Origin: Bacillota bacterium
Lineage (GTDB): Bacteria; Bacillota; Dethiobacteria; DTU022
Direction of reading: 5' to 3'
DNA: 64,000 bases
Assembly: GCA_030611385.1 (NCBI GenBank)
Contig: JAUWPV010000007.1
Coordinates: forward strand, 7,249-71,248
Part shown: positions 60,971-64,000 of the stretch, piece by piece
How positions within the stretch are numbered: position 1 is the first letter of the stretch
How the letters are laid out: every line of letters begins with the position of its first letter
Translations under genes and position numbers: made by a program
The notes under the pieces: generated by a model
The model's database searches: none
What the model was told of the DNA's origin: nothing
Seen by the model: the letters and a program-made list of their open reading frames with translations, nothing else

Positions 60971-63099
60971 TAATCAGACTCCCCTGAACGCAGCCGGCCG
61001 TCCAAAAAGCTGTAGCGATCTTCGGCCCGGTTATTGCGCACAGCAATGGCCAGGGCTTTTTTACTGCCAACCAATACTGCCAATTTGCGCGCCCGGGTAA
61101 TCCCAGTATAGAGCAGATTACGCTGCAGCAGCATATAGTGCTGGGTCAGTACCGGCATAATGATTACCGGGTATTCACTACCCTGGCTTTTATGTACCGA
61201 AATAGCATAAGAGAGTACCAGTTCATCGAGTTCAGTGAAATCGTAAACCACCGGCCTGGGCTGGAGTAAATCGCGAAAAGTGACCACCATTTCCGCTTCT
61301 TCCCTGTCGATGACTGTAATTAGGCCGATATCACCATTGAATACTTCTTTCTGGTAATTGTTCCGTATCTGCATCACTTTATCCCCCAGGCGGTAGACAA
61401 TGCCCTTGTTTGAAGCTTCCACCTTATTACGTGCCGGAGGATTCAGCGCCTCCTGCAGCAGCAGGTTGAGGCGGTCTACGCCGGCCGCTGTTTTTCTCAT
61501 GGGGGTAAGCACCTGCAGATCAAGCAGCGGATCAAAAGGACCGTAATTAGGCAGCCGTTCCCTGCATAGCTGGACAACCAGTTGGGCGGCATTCTCGGGG
61601 TCTTCCTCATGGATAAAAAAGAAATCCTTGTTTTTTAAGTTCAGATAGGGCATTTCACCCTGGTTTACGCGGTGAGCATTAACGATGATCATGCTTTCCC
61701 GGGCCTGACGGAAGATATAGCCGAGGCGGAAACAGGGGATATTCCCGGCGCTGATCAAGTCCCGGAGGACATTGCCGGCTCCGACTGCCGGCAGCTGATC
61801 GACATCTCCGACCATGATCAGGCGGCATCCGGAAGGCAGGGCCTTAAGCAGATTATACATCAGCATCAGGTCAACCATCGAAGCCTCATCGATGATCACC
61901 ACCTGGGCATCGACCGGATTATTTTCGTTGCGCAAAAACCGGAACCCTTCGCCGTCAGTATAACTGTACTCAAGGAGGCGATGAATCGTAAAAGCCTCTT
62001 CTCCGGTTGCTTCAGTCACTCTTTTTGCCGCACGCCCGGTCGGGGCAGCCAACAGCACTTTTTGTTTGATTAACTGGAATATAGAAAGGAGAGCCTTGAT
62101 TGTGGTGGTCTTCCCGGTACCGGGGCCTCCGGTAACCACAAGAACACCGTTAAGAAGTGCCCCTTCAAGAACCTGTATTTGCTCACCGGTTAATTGGGAG
62201 CTGTCATGTTTGACCTTGCCGAGAGCCTGGGCAGTCTCCAGGGAGGAGTACTGTCGGGTCAGCCTGATTAGCTGCAGGATCAGCCGGGCTGAACCCTGTT
62301 CGGCCTGGAAAAAAGGAGCATAATAAACTGCTTCCCCACCCTCCCGCTGTTCACTAAAGAGGCGCTTTTGATCAACCATTAGACGGAGCTGTTCTTCGAG
62401 AAACTCCCCTTTTAGCGGCTCCCCGGAAACATCAAGCAGATCTCTGATCCGTTCAAAAAGCAGTTCACCCGGCAAGTATACATGCCCCTGTTCAGCAGCA
62501 CGGCTGAGGGTATAGGTGATCGATGCCTGAATTCTTGCCGGGGCATCTTCAGGCAACCCTAACTGCCGGGCAATTTTATCGGCGGTCTTAAAACCGATGC
62601 CGAAAACATCTTCCGCCATACGGTAGGGATTTTCCCGAACCTGTTTAACCGTATCGGCTCCGTAGCGGCGGTAAAGCCGCATTGCCTGCCCAACACCGAC
62701 ACCGTACCCCTGCAGAAAAACAAGCACATTCTGCACATCTTTGTACTGCTGGTAGCTTTTTAAAATACCAGCTGCCTTTTTAGCCCCGATACCTTCAATT
62801 TCCTGCAGGCGGTGCGGCTCATTTTCCATGATCTCGAGGGTATCGAGACCAAAATAGTCGACTATCCTGGTCGCAGTTACCGGCCCAATTCCTTTTATTA
62901 ATCCGGAAGAAAGATAACGGATTAAACCTTCTTTCGTTACCGGAAGAAGGCGCTCCCATTGAGCAACTGAAAGCTGTTTGCCATAGCGGTTATGAACCTG
63001 CCACTCACCGCTGGCCATCAGGCTTTCGCCTTCCTGCATCGGTGGAAAGCTGCCGACTATAGTTACAGCCTTGCCGTCACTACAGCGTAAAATGCCCAC
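60970..63099 (-). CDS. recD2: RecD2-like ATP-dependent DNA helicase (RecD/TraA family, YrrC-like)
   Basis: N-terminal HhH, Walker A GGPGTGKTT, SF1 helicase motifs, C-terminal SH3-like region. Confidence 0.85.
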   Translation of the reverse strand: MGILRCSDGKAVTIVGSFPPMQEGESLMASGEWQVHNRYGKQLSVAQWERLLPVTKEGLIRYLSSGLIKGIGPVTATRIVDYFGLDTLEIMENEPHRLQEIEGIGAKKAAGILKSYQQYKDVQNVLVFLQGYGVGVGQAMRLYRRYGADTVKQVRENPYRMAEDVFGIGFKTADKIARQLGLPEDAPARIQASITYTLSRAAEQGHVYLPGELLFERIRDLLDVSGEPLKGEFLEEQLRLMVDQKRLFSEQREGGEAVYYAPFFQAEQGSARLILQLIRLTRQYSSLETAQALGKVKHDSSQLTGEQIQVLEGALLNGVLVVTGGPGTGKTTTIKALLSIFQLIKQKVLLAAPTGRAAKRVTEATGEEAFTIHRLLEYSYTDGEGFRFLRNENNPVDAQVVIIDEASMVDLMLMYNLLKALPSGCRLIMVGDVDQLPAVGAGNVLRDLISAGNIPCFRLGYIFRQARESMIIVNAHRVNQGEMPYLNLKNKDFFFIHEEDPENAAQLVVQLCRERLPNYGPFDPLLDLQVLTPMRKTAAGVDRLNLLLQEALNPPARNKVEASNKGIVYRLGDKVMQIRNNYQKEVFNGDIGLITVIDREEAEMVVTFRDLLQPRPVVYDFTELDELVLSYAISVHKSQGSEYPVIIMPVLTQHYMLLQRNLLYTGITRARKLAVLVGSKKALAIAVRNNRAEDRYSFLDGRLRSGESD

Positions 63100-63283
63100 G
63101 AGATAAGAACTCTCTTCGCTGTAAAATCTTATTTTTTCAAGGGTTCCTTCAAGACGTTCCAGCCGGTTGCCCTCCGATCAAACTTCTCCATCTGCTCAAT
63201 TCTACCATACATCGGGATGAAATTTCCGCTCTTGCTTGAGCGAAAGGCCTGAAAAGGGTATATTTGTCAATTGTGATCTGTTG

Positions 63284-64000
63284 CTAATACAACGCCTCTT
63301 TCAGCAATTCAACCTTATCGAGCCGCTCCCAGGGTAGGTCGAGCTCCGGGCGGCCGAAATGGCCGTAGGCCGCCACCTGCTGGTAGATCGGACGGCGCAG
63401 GTCGAGGTTTTCGATAATTGCCGCCGGGCGCAAATCAAAGTGCTTGCGAATCAGTTCTTCGATAACTGGCACCGGCAATTTTTCCGTGCCGAAGGTTTCG
63501 ACCATCAGAGAAACCGGGCTGGATACTCCGATTGCGTAGGCAACCTGGAGCTGGCACTTGGCAGCCAGGCCGGCAGCGACCACGTTTTTCGCCGCATATC
63601 GGGCGGCGTACGAGGCCGAGCGATCGACTTTCGTCGGATCCTTTCCTGAAAAGGCTCCGCCGCCGTGAGCAGCGTATCCACCATAAGTATCAACAATAAT
63701 CTTACGTCCGGTCAGACCGGTGTCTCCCTGCGGTCCACCAATCACAAAGCGGCCGGTCGGGTTGATCAGAAAACGGGTCTCCGGCAGCAGCAGTTCAGCG
63801 GGAACAATTTCGTGGATAACATGCTCGATGACATCCTGCTCAATCTGCTCCAGGGTTACGGAATCACTGTGCTGGGTTGAAATAACAATAGTTTGCAGAT
63901 GTGCGGGACGCCCGTTGCGGTAGGCAACACTGACCTGGGTTTTCCCGTCTGGACGCAGGTATTTGAGTAAGCCTTTCTTGCGCACCTCGGCAAGCCTCTG
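63284..64000 (-). CDS. metK: S-adenosylmethionine synthetase (5' part lies beyond the window end)
   Basis: C-terminal two-thirds of MetK ([16 protein letters not shown]…). The ORF runs off the window edge. Confidence 0.9.
   Translation of the reverse strand, partial: QRLAEVRKKGLLKYLRPDGKTQVSVAYRNGRPAHLQTIVISTQHSDSVTLEQIEQDVIEHVIHEIVPAELLLPETRFLINPTGRFVIGGPQGDTGLTGRKIIVDTYGGYAAHGGGAFSGKDPTKVDRSASYAARYAAKNVVAAGLAAKCQLQVAYAIGVSSPVSLMVETFGTEKLPVPVIEELIRKHFDLRPAAIIENLDLRRPIYQQVAAYGHFGRPELDLPWERLDKVELLKEALY

Overview
Chromosomal window from a roughly 50-56% GC Gram-positive anaerobe (Clostridia-like). The first ~16 kb are plus-strand housekeeping and accessory genes; most of the remainder is minus-strand core genes, with synteny reminiscent of Bacillus/Clostridia. 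Content in order: a molybdate transporter operon (MoeA-like gene, modABC, QueG-like Fe-S protein), a lipoprotein serpin, a tryptophanase/tyrosine phenol-lyase family gene, two nitroreductases, a threonine/serine dehydratase, a Usp protein, glpX and an orphan arginine deiminase arcA. An intact IS1634-family insertion sequence (imperfect 23-bp terminal inverted repeats, 17-bp flanking direct repeat) follows. Then come a DEAD-box helicase, tRNA-Val, two large envelope genes (Wzy_C/TPR membrane protein, beta-helix lipoprotein), tRNA-Ala, and a variable region between tRNA-Ala and ssrA. Downstream lie smpB with tmRNA, rnr, secG-eno-gpmI-tpiA-pgk, rpoN, whiA-rapZ, uvrCAB, ctpA, an M23 peptidase, ftsEX, prfB (programmed +1 frameshift), secA, hpf, comFC, recD2 and a partial metK. 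The most unusual part is the 3.5-kb stretch between tRNA-Ala and tmRNA. It holds a hairpin-dense ORF-free segment and a 27-37% GC islet (alpha/beta hydrolase and cysteine synthase, each followed by a diverged ~120-nt structured module with compensatory base changes). An IS1182-like transposase pseudogene abuts the tmRNA 3' end, so this looks like an accretion hotspot at ssrA. No CRISPR array, rRNA or obvious defence system is visible.
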